Origin: Candidatus Multivoradales bacterium
Lineage (GTDB): Bacteria; Acidobacteriota; Thermoanaerobaculia; Multivoradales; JAHEKO01
Assembly (NCBI GenBank): GCA_965223855.1
Contig: CBDCXM010000008.1
Span: 544,001 to 608,000, forward strand
Direction of reading: 5' to 3'
Length of the DNA: 64,000 nt
Every line of letters starts with the position of its first letter. Position 1 is the stretch's first letter. The notes beneath the pieces were generated by a model, which made no database searches, had not been told where the DNA came from, and was given only the letters and a program-made list of their open reading frames with translations. The position numbers and the translations under genes are program-made. This document shows, in pieces, positions 51,215 through 61,050 of the stretch.

Positions 51215-53161
51215 TCACTCCTCCTGGTGGCTCGCGCCGGCGACGTCGAAGTGGGACTGCGTGTCGGTCGTGGCACCGGCGTACCCCCCCTTCAGGACGA
51301 AGCTGAAGGAGTAACCGAGGGTCTGAGCGACTCCGTGGCAGCCCATGCACCCACCCATGTTGTAGCCGCTGCGGGCGAACGACAGGTTGTTGCCCGACCG
51401 GTCGTAGTTGAGCGTTTCGTTGGGTGCCACACCGACACCGCTGTACTTGTCGATCGTCGGCACCCCCGGAGGGATGCCCTGAAACAGTTGCAGGTCGGCG
51501 TTGGTCTCGATGACGAGGTTCGCCAGGTAGGCGGGCTGCCCGATTCCGGTCGGGTCGTACTCGGTGACCGGATACCTCGTTTCAGGGTACGGCGTCTGCG
51601 GTGGCTGGCCCGGCCGCTCCTGCGCCGCGACGGCCGTGACGTCGACCGCCTGGAACTGGGTTCCGATCAGCTGGTAGTTGAGCCATACCGAGCCCGGATT
51701 GCGGGCCTTGATGGCGGCCCAGACCGCCTCGTTGACTTCCTTCGTGCCGAGAGGCCTGGGCGCCTGCTGTGAGATCGGCTGAAACCTGCGGACCACCGGA
51801 TAGGCGTCGGTGAGTGCCGGGTAGAAGTCGGCCGGATAGGGCTTGCCGTCTTCCAGAGGCAACTCCGGCGGGTAGGGACCGTCGGGAGTCGCGGCCGGGA
51901 AGGCGGGATCGTTGAGCGGGTCGTAGTAGTTCGAGTAGGTGTACCCGGCAGTGTCGTTGTCGACGTGCTCGAAGGTCGCGAAAACGAAGGTCCCACCGCG
52001 GGCGTCGGCCGACGTCTCCCCGCTTGCCGTGTGAATCCGCTGGATGATGTGAATGCCGACCAGCCCGAAAGTCGCCTGCTGCGCTCGAGGCTCGCCGTCG
52101 ACGGTCGTGAAGTAGGTCGCCTCCGCCGTGTGGTAGCGACCGGACGCAGCCTCGTCCGCCGACAGGATCACCCAGGCCGCCTTGATCTGAATCGAACCGA
52201 CCGCCGGTGGTGTGAGATCGGTCGACGGCGAAGCCTCGGCGTAGGCGGCGTTCGTGTCGGCCGCGGAATAGCCGATGACGATCTGGTGGTCGGCCTGCGG
52301 CTGCTGCCGCTTCGGCCCTGCCGGAGCCGACGTGCGATACGGGAAGGCGATCAACCCCTGGAGAGCATCGTCGTTGGTGTTGTCGTTGACCGGCGTGCCC
52401 GGCGGCAGAGGGGCCGCCACGTTGTAGTCGTGCTCCGCGACATAGCGGTAGTAGTCGTAGTTGACCTTGACCTCGTAGAACACCGCATTCTCTGGACTCG
52501 GCTCCCCCCTCCAGACCCTCGGGCCGACCGGGCGCCCGCTGCGCACTCCGGGGACCGGCCCGAGAGGGTTGTCCGAGCCGTCCGGATAGGTCGTCTCGAG
52601 GTTCTCGGAGACCACTTCGATCGTCTCGTCGAAGCTGTCGTAGTGGTGCTGCTTCGAAGTCGTGGCGAGGACCCTCAGGGACGAGTCGTACGGCCCCTCG
52701 AACATCTCGTCTCCGGCGGGGCGGATCGGGCCGTAGTCGAGGGGGTGATTCCAGGGAGGGAGTGCTGCGGGATCGCCCGGGAAGGCGGAACCGCTGACCG
52801 GGAAGTTGAAGACCTCGCGCTTCTCCTTGAACGTCTCCCAGACGGTCAGCGTGCCGGGACCGGCGTCGACGAAGCTCTGCTCCAGGTCGGGGAAGCCTCG
52901 CTGGTCGTTGTGACTCTCCGGGTCGAGCGCCGGCCAGAACATCGCCACGAAGCTGTTCCAGGCGAAGAAGTCGAAGTCCGGCTGGTGCAGGAGGTCGGTC
53001 TCCGGCGGCGCCGGGCTGTCCAGTTGCAGCGACGCGCCCGAGGAGTCGGCGACCCTCTCGGCACCCGACTCTGCGAGGCGCACCGACAGCAGAGTCGGCA
53101 GGAGCGCACCGAGAGTGAGACCGACGGCGAGTGGAAGGGAGTGGCTGCGAGATCGGAGCAT
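51215..53161 (-). CDS. Large exported protein with a single C-terminal c-type heme motif (CMGCH)
   Basis: GAGGAGG RBS before ATG 53161; N-terminal signal/TM; blocks FAWNSFVAMFWP, VWETFK, GSIQIKAAW, ATFEHVDN, NYQLIGTQ, LANLVIET, GCMGCH. Confidence 0.8.
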   Translation of the reverse strand: MLRSRSHSLPLAVGLTLGALLPTLLSVRLAESGAERVADSSGASLQLDSPAPPETDLLHQPDFDFFAWNSFVAMFWPALDPESHNDQRGFPDLEQSFVDAGPGTLTVWETFKEKREVFNFPVSGSAFPGDPAALPPWNHPLDYGPIRPAGDEMFEGPYDSSLRVLATTSKQHHYDSFDETIEVVSENLETTYPDGSDNPLGPVPGVRSGRPVGPRVWRGEPSPENAVFYEVKVNYDYYRYVAEHDYNVAAPLPPGTPVNDNTNDDALQGLIAFPYRTSAPAGPKRQQPQADHQIVIGYSAADTNAAYAEASPSTDLTPPAVGSIQIKAAWVILSADEAASGRYHTAEATYFTTVDGEPRAQQATFGLVGIHIIQRIHTASGETSADARGGTFVFATFEHVDNDTAGYTYSNYYDPLNDPAFPAATPDGPYPPELPLEDGKPYPADFYPALTDAYPVVRRFQPISQQAPRPLGTKEVNEAVWAAIKARNPGSVWLNYQLIGTQFQAVDVTAVAAQERPGQPPQTPYPETRYPVTEYDPTGIGQPAYLANLVIETNADLQLFQGIPPGVPTIDKYSGVGVAPNETLNYDRSGNNLSFARSGYNMGGCMGCHGVAQTLGYSFSFVLKGGYAGATTDTQSHFDVAGASHQEE

Positions 53162-53358
53162 CTTCGACGCCTCCTCTGGAGAACGCCCCACGACGGGTCT
53201 TCTCCTTTCGCTTCCACGACCCTGGGGCGGCGGAAGACTGAGTTGCAACTTCGGACTGGTGTTTGGATGGAGCCTAGCACTAATATGCATACTCAAGAAC
53301 CCGCAGTCCGAGTCTTCCCTACCCTGCCGCCCGGTCGCCGACGGCCGAAAGGAGCGCC

Positions 53359-55665
53359 ATGTCCGCACAGAGTCGATCCATCGCCTCGCCAGAACGCCCT
53401 CTCCTTGTGCTGGCCCTCCTGCTCGGCGGGTGTTCGCCACAGGAGGCGCCACAGCCCGATATCGGGGCCGAACCCAGAGCCGTCTGGATGACCGAGATGG
53501 AAGAGCTCAACGACGGCCCGTGTGCACCGGGGCAGAAGTACGTTCAGGAGCCGCTCCGCGAGCCGGTGACGATCGCCGGCGTCGACGCCGAGATCGAGAC
53601 CGAGCTCGTCGTTCGGATCCGCGAACGGTGCGTGCCGGTTTGGGTCAGCGAGCCCGAGCCGCATTGGGAGATGCAGACGCTCAGTCTTCGGACCTACGGC
53701 TTTCCCCGCGATCCCGACGAGCCGATCACCGAGGCCGACGCCGACGACCCGCTGAGCTCGAAGATCGCCTGGAGTGCCCCCGGGCCCACCTTCCTGATGG
53801 CACCGGCAAATTCGCCGGGCTCGGGTGACGGGACTCGATTCAGGATGAGGCTCTACAACCGGATGCCCCACGACGGCGACCCCCACGCGTGCAACCCGAG
53901 CTACAAGTGCAACACCAAGGGGCCGAATGCCGGCGTCGATCCTGCGACCGGGGAGTGCAGGGTACCTCCCGATCCGGCCCAGGGCGGCGTACCCGAATTC
54001 GTTCCGAGCCAGGTGGTCGACGGCAAGGTGATCGAGCCGCCCAACTGCTTTCATGGCGACAACTCCACCAACTTCCACTTCCACGGCTTCCACGTGTCGG
54101 CCCAGCTGGGGCAGGACTTCGTCGGCCTCGAGTTGAGACCGCCCCTGTCACCCGGCACCACCGAAGCCGACATGCCGGCTCACGGAACTCATGGCGAGAT
54201 GGGTGCCGTCGCCTACGGCCACTTCGACTTCGACGTCGACCCGCTCCGCTACACCCAGCCGCCGGGTACCCACTGGTACCACGCGCACAAGCACGGCTCG
54301 ACCGCGCTTCAGGTTCTCAACGGACTGGTCGGAACCTTCGAGGTCAGAGGCGAGTTCGATGCAGCTCTCGACGACTTCTACGACCCGCAGGGAGGCCTCG
54401 AGGACCGGTTGATGGTCGTTCAGCAGCTCCAGGAGCGACAGCCCGGCCTCGGAGGCGCGGACCAGAACGGCTCCGTGCTGGTGAACGGTCAGGCGAACCC
54501 GATCGTTCGCATGGCCAGAGGCGAGGTCCAGCGCTGGCGCTTTGTCGGCGCGACGATGCAGGCCTCGGCGGCACTCAGAGTCGGGTTCCCCGAAGTCGAA
54601 GGACGCGAGAGCCCGCAGGTGCGTCAGGTGGCGATGGACGGCGTCCAGTTCTCCCCTCAGAACTACGGCTGCCAGCCCTTCCTCAACAACCCCGACTGCT
54701 CCCCCGAGCCGGACAACAGTGAGTTCGACGAGCTCACTTCGTTCCAACTCTCACCCGGCAACCGGATCGACGTGCTCGTCCAGGCACCGATGGAAGCAGG
54801 GACCCACTGCATGGTTCACGACATCACCACCGAGCTGCACGAGAACGCCCGGCTCAAGATCGGCGCCGCCATGCTGGAGCGGGCCGAGGCCGCCTCCGGC
54901 ACCTGCGGCGTCGACGGTCTCGGGCCGATCTTCACACTCGTCGTCGAAGACCGCGAGAAGCCGATGACCTTCCCGACCGAGGACCAGTTTCCACCCCTTG
55001 CGAGCTACCTCGTGGACATCCCACCCGTGACCGACCCGACGCTCGAGAAAGACGTCTACTACGAGATGGTCAATCAGGGCGACCTCGCGGGCACCCAGTT
55101 CTGGATCAGCCAGCAGAAGTACGACCCCGAGTGCGCCAACGAAACGCTCGTACTCGACCGGCCCGAGCAGTGGACCCTGTGGAACAACAACGGCGCGATC
55201 GCCCACCCCTTCCACATCCATCAGAACCCGTTCCAGCTGCTCTCCGCTTCGGATCGGGTTCCGAGCCGGTTCCGCTACCCGGTGTGGCGGGACACCCTGG
55301 CGATCCCGCGAGCGAAGGCGACCGTGGCGCCCAACTCCGACCCCCGCGATCCGGAGAACCCGTGGGGCAACGCGGAGATCCTCTACGTGGCCAGGGAGTT
55401 CACCGGTCTGTTCGTGAATCACTGCCACATTCTCGGCCACGAGGACCGCGGGATGATGCACAACACCCAGGCCAGCTGTGCCGACGGCACCTGGGGCATC
55501 ACAGGACCGGTACCGCCCGGGGCGGAGTGCGACGAGGAGGGTTTCTGCCCGGGCGACTGCGAGCTCGGGAAAAGGATTCCCGCAGCCGCCGCCTGTGCCG
55601 CGCCGCCCGACCAGCAGTCCGACTGGCCGGAGGCCTACGGCGTGTCGGCGGCGAACCAGCCTTGA
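53359..55665 (+). CDS. Multicopper oxidase lipoprotein
   Basis: AAGGAG RBS; lipobox LGGC; all four Cu motifs present: HFHG, WYHAH, HPFHIH, HCHILGHEDRGMM. Confidence 0.93.
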   Translation: MSAQSRSIASPERPLLVLALLLGGCSPQEAPQPDIGAEPRAVWMTEMEELNDGPCAPGQKYVQEPLREPVTIAGVDAEIETELVVRIRERCVPVWVSEPEPHWEMQTLSLRTYGFPRDPDEPITEADADDPLSSKIAWSAPGPTFLMAPANSPGSGDGTRFRMRLYNRMPHDGDPHACNPSYKCNTKGPNAGVDPATGECRVPPDPAQGGVPEFVPSQVVDGKVIEPPNCFHGDNSTNFHFHGFHVSAQLGQDFVGLELRPPLSPGTTEADMPAHGTHGEMGAVAYGHFDFDVDPLRYTQPPGTHWYHAHKHGSTALQVLNGLVGTFEVRGEFDAALDDFYDPQGGLEDRLMVVQQLQERQPGLGGADQNGSVLVNGQANPIVRMARGEVQRWRFVGATMQASAALRVGFPEVEGRESPQVRQVAMDGVQFSPQNYGCQPFLNNPDCSPEPDNSEFDELTSFQLSPGNRIDVLVQAPMEAGTHCMVHDITTELHENARLKIGAAMLERAEAASGTCGVDGLGPIFTLVVEDREKPMTFPTEDQFPPLASYLVDIPPVTDPTLEKDVYYEMVNQGDLAGTQFWISQQKYDPECANETLVLDRPEQWTLWNNNGAIAHPFHIHQNPFQLLSASDRVPSRFRYPVWRDTLAIPRAKATVAPNSDPRDPENPWGNAEILYVAREFTGLFVNHCHILGHEDRGMMHNTQASCADGTWGITGPVPPGAECDEEGFCPGDCELGKRIPAAAACAAPPDQQSDWPEAYGVSAANQP

Positions 55666-55700
55666 CGGTCCTGCAGCGGGAAACTGGCGAGAGGTTCAGG

Positions 55701-57764
55701 CTAGCGACTGCGAACCTCGAGCCCGAGAGTCACGGTCCGACCCGGCGAGGGAAAGCCGATCGACTGCACGAAATCCTCGTCGAGGGCGTTCGCCACCCGG
55801 CAGTGGATTCGCAGCCGATCGTCGCGGAGCGACTGCCTCAGCACCAGGTCGAGCGTCAGGTAGTCGTCGAGCCGTGCGGCTCGAACCGGCTCGTTTCGGG
55901 TGAGGGCGTAGTTTCCCGCTACGTAGGTCGTGCCCACACGCAGCCCGAGGCCCCGAGCCGTCTCGTGGTCGAAGGCCGCATCGAGCTTGTGCTCCGGCTG
56001 ATTCTGAAGGAGGGTCGTGGTGGCCCCGGGTGAGCGGTTCTCGGCATCAAGGTAGGCATAGCTCCAGCGCCAGGCGGTTCCCGGTCCCGGCCCCAGGCGG
56101 TGACTCCCCTCCACCTCGATCCCGCGCAGGAGCGTCTGAGCGAAGTTCCTCAGGATGTCGCCGGGCGTGCGTTGGATGAAGTCGTCGGCCTCGGTGCTGA
56201 AGAGCGACAGACTCATCCGGGAGCGGCCGCTGCGACTGGTGAAACGCCATCCGACTTCGAAGCTCGTCGTCTCCTCCGCGGTGAGATCGGGATTGCCGCG
56301 GTCGGTGGCGTAGAGATCCCGCAACGTCGGGAAGCGAACCCGCCGTCCTGCCATCGCACGAAGCGTCTGCCGCTCGCCGACCACGCGAGTGACGGCGGCG
56401 AGCAGGTTCCACCCTTCGTCACTCTCCGTCTCCCGACGATCCTGGATCGCGTAGCCGCCCCCCACGGCCCACGAGAAGCGAGCGGACGATGCCGTCTCGT
56501 GCTCCGCCGCGATCGATGAGACCCGAACCGATCGATCCTCGTCGAGCCTCTGCACCTGAGGCGCACCGCCTGCACCTCCACCTCCGCCGCCTCCACCTCC
56601 GCCGCCACCGCCGGCCACGAGCTCGAAGCCGGAGGCGACCCAACGCTCCTCGCGCAGGTCGAAGGCCCAGGTCAGGAGCCGTTCGCGCCGCAGATCGAGC
56701 TCCGTCTGCACACCGACACCGAGGATGTCGACCTCGGCGTCCTCATGGAAGGCGCCGGCCGCATCCTGAGTCGAGAAGGTGGCGTCGTCCCAGGCGTCGG
56801 TCCGCTCCTTCGCACGGTTGAGGAAGAGCGAGGGGCGCCACGTGACCCGTCCCCTCTGCCAGGAGGAGGCGGCGTGGAGCGAGAGCGCCTCGTGGTCGAC
56901 GCGCTCGAAGCGGGCACGCGGGGCGAAGTCGGAGAACCTGAAGTCTTCGGTGACCGGAGGCTTTCCCCGGTCACCCGCGCGCAGGCTCAGGTTGATGCCG
57001 AAGCTGCTGCGGTCGTCCGTCTCGCCGGTCCAGCTCAGGAACGCCGAGCGATCCGTCCGGTCACTGTTGAGCCTCTCACCGCCGTCCTCGAGGCTCGTCG
57101 GCTGGAAATCCGCGGAGAGCTCGAAGGCGTCCTGGTCGAACAGACGTCCGCTGGCGAGCCAGCCGCCCCGTGAGGATCGACGCGAGCCGCGAAAACGACC
57201 GTCCACCGCAGAATCGCTCCCCACCTCGAAGCGGACCATGCCGGTCGTACCGTCCGGCGCAGCGCGGGTGATGACATTGAGGACCCCCCCGTTGCCGCCG
57301 GGGCCGTAGAGCACCGAGCTCGCACCGCGCGTCAACTTGATCTGCGCGACGTTGTCGACAGCGACGGTGGCGGGGTCGAACAGACCGTTGAACGAGGAGT
57401 TGAGCGGAACGCCGTCGAGGAGCAGGAGCACGTTGCGCGTTCGCAGGCCGCGAATGTCGACGAGCGGAACACCCTCCGCACCGGTGCGAACGAAGACGCC
57501 GGGGAGGTGATCGATCGCCTGGTCCAGGCTGGCCGCGGCGGCGCGCGTCATCTCGTCCGCCGTGACCAGCGAGACCTGAGCGCTGGACTCGACCACGCGC
57601 GACGTCTTTCCGGTCACTACGATCTCGCCGAACTCGTAGAGAGGCGGCTCCTCGACGGCCACCGGCGGCGTGCCTCCCGACTGTGCTCCGAGCGCCGACG
57701 CACAGAGGGCGGCCGCCCCCAGAGCCGTCAGGCGACTGCTCCCGAACCTCCGAATGAGTGGCAT
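55701..57764 (-). CDS. TonB-dependent receptor
   Basis: Start ATG 57764; EIVVTG TonB box; LPGV...DIRG...LLDGVP; TRGASSVLYG...GGVLNVIT plug; C-terminal NALDE...PGRTVTLG. Confidence 0.93.
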   Translation of the reverse strand: MPLIRRFGSSRLTALGAAALCASALGAQSGGTPPVAVEEPPLYEFGEIVVTGKTSRVVESSAQVSLVTADEMTRAAAASLDQAIDHLPGVFVRTGAEGVPLVDIRGLRTRNVLLLLDGVPLNSSFNGLFDPATVAVDNVAQIKLTRGASSVLYGPGGNGGVLNVITRAAPDGTTGMVRFEVGSDSAVDGRFRGSRRSSRGGWLASGRLFDQDAFELSADFQPTSLEDGGERLNSDRTDRSAFLSWTGETDDRSSFGINLSLRAGDRGKPPVTEDFRFSDFAPRARFERVDHEALSLHAASSWQRGRVTWRPSLFLNRAKERTDAWDDATFSTQDAAGAFHEDAEVDILGVGVQTELDLRRERLLTWAFDLREERWVASGFELVAGGGGGGGGGGGGGAGGAPQVQRLDEDRSVRVSSIAAEHETASSARFSWAVGGGYAIQDRRETESDEGWNLLAAVTRVVGERQTLRAMAGRRVRFPTLRDLYATDRGNPDLTAEETTSFEVGWRFTSRSGRSRMSLSLFSTEADDFIQRTPGDILRNFAQTLLRGIEVEGSHRLGPGPGTAWRWSYAYLDAENRSPGATTTLLQNQPEHKLDAAFDHETARGLGLRVGTTYVAGNYALTRNEPVRAARLDDYLTLDLVLRQSLRDDRLRIHCRVANALDEDFVQSIGFPSPGRTVTLGLEVRSR
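56574..56612 (-). repeat. GGN tract encoding Gly13 inside the TonB-dependent receptor
   Basis: 13 consecutive Gly codons, including a duplicated 15-mer GGCGGCGGAGGTGGA. Confidence 0.85.
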
Positions 57765-57892
57765 GAGCGCATAATACTCGCCCGCTGCCCGGTTCCCTCG
57801 TCCCGCTGCGCCTCGCCCACCCGCGGAGCCAAGTCGAACGTTCCGCCCGCTGCAGTCGCACTGCAGTCTCCACATGGCGGTAACCTACCGAT

Positions 57893-59518
57893 ATGTTCGA
57901 TCCTCACTGGCGCGAACGCAGTCTCTCCGCTCTCGACCGCACCTTCGACGTCGTCGTCATCGGCGGCGGGATCACCGGTTGCGGCGTCTTCTTCGATGCC
58001 GCCCAGCGCGGACTCTCGACGCTGCTGCTCGAACGCGCCGATATCGCCTCCGGTACGTCGTCGCGCTCCTCCAAGCTGGTGCACGGCGGCCTTCGCTATC
58101 TCAAGCAGATGCACTTCCGCATCACCGCGACAGCGGCGCGCGAGCGCGACCGCATGGCGGTGCTCAACCCGCTGCTCGTCGAGCCGCTGCGCTTCGTCTA
58201 CCCGGCGAACAAGGGCGACAAGATGCCGAGCTGGCAGGTCGATCTCGGCCTGTGGATGTACGACCGGTTGACTCGCAAGCGGCATCGCCATCGCCATCTC
58301 GAGGCCGAGGATCTCGAGCGCCTGGTCCCGGGGATGGCGACCGAGGATCTCGATCAGGCGTTCTCGTACGGCGACGCCCGGACCGACGACGCGCGGCTCA
58401 CCCTCGCGGTCGCCGCCACCGGGTACGCCTACGGCGGCTACCTGCTCACCCGTGCCGCGGTGCGCGACCTGACCCGTCGTGCCGGCGGCCGCATTGACGG
58501 TGTCGTCGTCGAAGACCTCGAGACCGGCCGCTCCCACGAGGTCAAGGCCAGGGTGGTGGTCAATGCCGCAGGGGTCTGGGCCGACGATCTACGCCAGAGG
58601 GCGGATCTCGGTGAGCCGCGGGTCCGTCCCTCGAGGGGGATTCACCTGGTTTTCCCCACCGCGCGCCTGCCGGTGCATGCGGCGGCGATGGTGCCCTCTC
58701 CCGACGACGCGCGACCGATCTTCCTGATCCCCCATCCGGAGGGCGTCCTCGTCGGCACCACCGACATCTACCACGACGGTCCCCGCGACGATCCGCGTCC
58801 GACCCGGGCCGAGGTGGACTACCTCGTGCGCGCCATGGCGACCCATTTCCCCGACCACGGACTGACGACCGACGACGTGGTGGGGGTCTTCGCCGGGCTG
58901 CGGCCGATCCTCGACAGCCACACCGACAACCCCTCGGACGCCAGTCGCGAAGAGGACATCTGGGAGGAACAGGGAATGGTGTCGGTCGCCGGCGGCAAGC
59001 TGACGACCTGGCGGACGACCGCCGAAGAGGTCGTCGACGAAGTGCTGCGCTACCTGCCGGACGAGGTCGAGAGCGAGGCCAACCGGTGCTACACCGGGGG
59101 AACCCCGCTGGTCGGCTATGCGCCGCCCGACCTCGGAGAGCGGCTCGAGCAGCTGCACGGGCTCGAGGCGCCGGTAGCCCGGGCGATGGCCCGGCGGCTG
59201 CGCAGGGACGCCCTGTGGGCGCCCCATCTCGCTCGCGATCCCCGGGAGCTGCGCCCGCTCGTCGACGGCACCGACCTGAGTGCGGCCGAGGTCCGCTGCC
59301 ACCTCACCCACGGCGCCGTGGTCCACCTCGAGGACCTGCTGCTGCGGCGGGCCCGGCTGGCGATGTGGCAGCCGGAGACGGCTCTCGAACTGGCACCGCT
59401 GACGCGCCCTCTGTTCGAGCAGGAGCTCGGCTGGAGTTCCTCTCGCTGGGACCGCGAGCTGGAGCAGTTCGAAGCGGCCGCCGAGGCGTGGTCGCCTCGC
59501 GGGGTTCTCGACGGCTGA
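57893..59518 (+). CDS. glpD: FAD-dependent glycerol-3-phosphate dehydrogenase/oxidase
   Basis: IGGGITGCG, SGTSSRSSKLVHGGLRYL, DDARL, NAAGVW, VGTTD, AGLRP, GGKLTT. Confidence 0.93.
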   Translation: MFDPHWRERSLSALDRTFDVVVIGGGITGCGVFFDAAQRGLSTLLLERADIASGTSSRSSKLVHGGLRYLKQMHFRITATAARERDRMAVLNPLLVEPLRFVYPANKGDKMPSWQVDLGLWMYDRLTRKRHRHRHLEAEDLERLVPGMATEDLDQAFSYGDARTDDARLTLAVAATGYAYGGYLLTRAAVRDLTRRAGGRIDGVVVEDLETGRSHEVKARVVVNAAGVWADDLRQRADLGEPRVRPSRGIHLVFPTARLPVHAAAMVPSPDDARPIFLIPHPEGVLVGTTDIYHDGPRDDPRPTRAEVDYLVRAMATHFPDHGLTTDDVVGVFAGLRPILDSHTDNPSDASREEDIWEEQGMVSVAGGKLTTWRTTAEEVVDEVLRYLPDEVESEANRCYTGGTPLVGYAPPDLGERLEQLHGLEAPVARAMARRLRRDALWAPHLARDPRELRPLVDGTDLSAAEVRCHLTHGAVVHLEDLLLRRARLAMWQPETALELAPLTRPLFEQELGWSSSRWDRELEQFEAAAEAWSPRGVLDG

Positions 59519-59697
59519 CGCGAGGGCCGGTACGCGCGATCCGACGCTCCGGGAATCGGACCACGGCAGGAGTGGTTCCCTCCACGGGAGACGGCAACCT
59601 GACGTCGATCTCCCTCGTACCACTCCCAAGCCACCCTCTCGATCCCGAAACCCGAGGCGCGGATCGTCGATTGACGCAGCACCTGGAGGACATCGCA

Positions 59698-60861
59698 ATG
59701 ACGAGCACCGCCTCGCCCCTTCGCCGCCTCGGTCTCAGCTCCCTCACCGTCGCGCTGCTGGCACTGGCGCCGGCCCTGGCCCGGCCGGCCGACGCCACCG
59801 ACGGCTACCGCTTCGACCCCGGCGCACTCCGCTCGACCCCGGCCGACGGCGCTCCCGAAGCGACCGCCGGCCTCGCACCGCTCGTCGGTCGGTGGGCGGT
59901 GACACTGGAAGAGAGTGCCGGCGAGGAGACCTCTCGAAGAAGCTGCAGCGCACAGATCTCGTACGTCAACCGGGGACACGGCTTCTTCGAGCGGCTGCAC
60001 TGTCCGCGGGGCGACGACGAGGGCGCTCGCAGCTTTGACTCGATCGTCCTAGTCGCCTTCGACTCGGGACGCGATCTGTGGGCGCGCGGCGAAGCCGATA
60101 GCTCGAGCGAGAGCATCCGCATCACGACCGGAGCGTTCGACGGCGACAGGCTCGTGCTGCACGACGCAGGCCGCCCGGGCGGGGCAGGCGCGGTGACCTT
60201 CTGGCGGGACACCGTCTCGCCGGTCGCTCAGGGCGCCTTCACCGTCACCCGCGAACGCTCCCTGGACCAGGCCGGATGGCAGCCGGTCTGGCGACGCAGC
60301 TATCGGCGCTCCGAGGAAGACCGTCCACCGGAGACTTCGCCGACCGACTTCGGCACACCTGATCCCGACCGCCCCGCAGCGGCCGCCGCCTTCGACTTCC
60401 TGATCGGGCATCGACAGGCGAGCCACACCATGACGCTCCCCGACGGCAACACGGTGCAGTGGCCCTCGACGACGACGGCGATCCACACCCTCGGCGGGCG
60501 GGCGATTCTCGAGTTCGACTGGTTCGACCTCGATCCGCGCCTGCCGGACGCGGCGACGACGATCGTGCGCATCTACAACCGCGCCATGCGCCGCTGGGAG
60601 TCGCTCTATCTATCGAACCGCGGCAACGGCATGCTCCACTTCGGCGGCCGTCAGGAGGGCGACGAGATCGTGCTGACCAACTTCGGGACCGATACCTCCG
60701 TCGCACCGATTTCTCACTACGTCTTTCACGGCATCGAAGACGACCGCTACGACTGGTACGCCGAATCGAGCAGCGATCGGGGAGCCACGTTCCAGAAGAC
60801 CTGGATCATTGAGGTGCGTCTCTTCCCGCCCGCGGATCCACCCGTCGACCCTGAGGGGTAG
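59698..60861 (+). CDS. Secreted protein with two tandem DUF1579-like domains
   Basis: GGAGG RBS; signal peptide; two related domains (LAPLVGRW...RSLDQAGWQ and FDFLIG...SSDRGATFQ). Confidence 0.75.
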   Translation: MTSTASPLRRLGLSSLTVALLALAPALARPADATDGYRFDPGALRSTPADGAPEATAGLAPLVGRWAVTLEESAGEETSRRSCSAQISYVNRGHGFFERLHCPRGDDEGARSFDSIVLVAFDSGRDLWARGEADSSSESIRITTGAFDGDRLVLHDAGRPGGAGAVTFWRDTVSPVAQGAFTVTRERSLDQAGWQPVWRRSYRRSEEDRPPETSPTDFGTPDPDRPAAAAAFDFLIGHRQASHTMTLPDGNTVQWPSTTTAIHTLGGRAILEFDWFDLDPRLPDAATTIVRIYNRAMRRWESLYLSNRGNGMLHFGGRQEGDEIVLTNFGTDTSVAPISHYVFHGIEDDRYDWYAESSSDRGATFQKTWIIEVRLFPPADPPVDPEG

Positions 60862-61050
60862 CGCCGTCATCGCCGGCCCCTCGTGTTCCAGGGGCGATCG
60901 CACGGGCGAGCCGGCCTGCATCGCCAGCGCCACTGTTCTCTCGGCCGTGGGCTGCTGACGATTCGAGGCTTCCGGTCACGAGCACCACAGTCAAAGCCGC
61001 AGCGACGTTTAGCAGGAGCGCGAGAACTTCAGGCTAGGATCGCCTCGCCC

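Noticed and set aside
53275-53290. Sigma54 promoter upstream of the multicopper oxidase (TAGCACTAATATGCA)
   Set aside because: The GG is AG and the spacing to GC is one base short.
57765-57892. Cobalamin or other riboswitch upstream of the TonB-dependent receptor
   Set aside because: The gap is only 128 nt, has no B12-box, and a -10-like element 6 nt from the ATG leaves no room for a leader.
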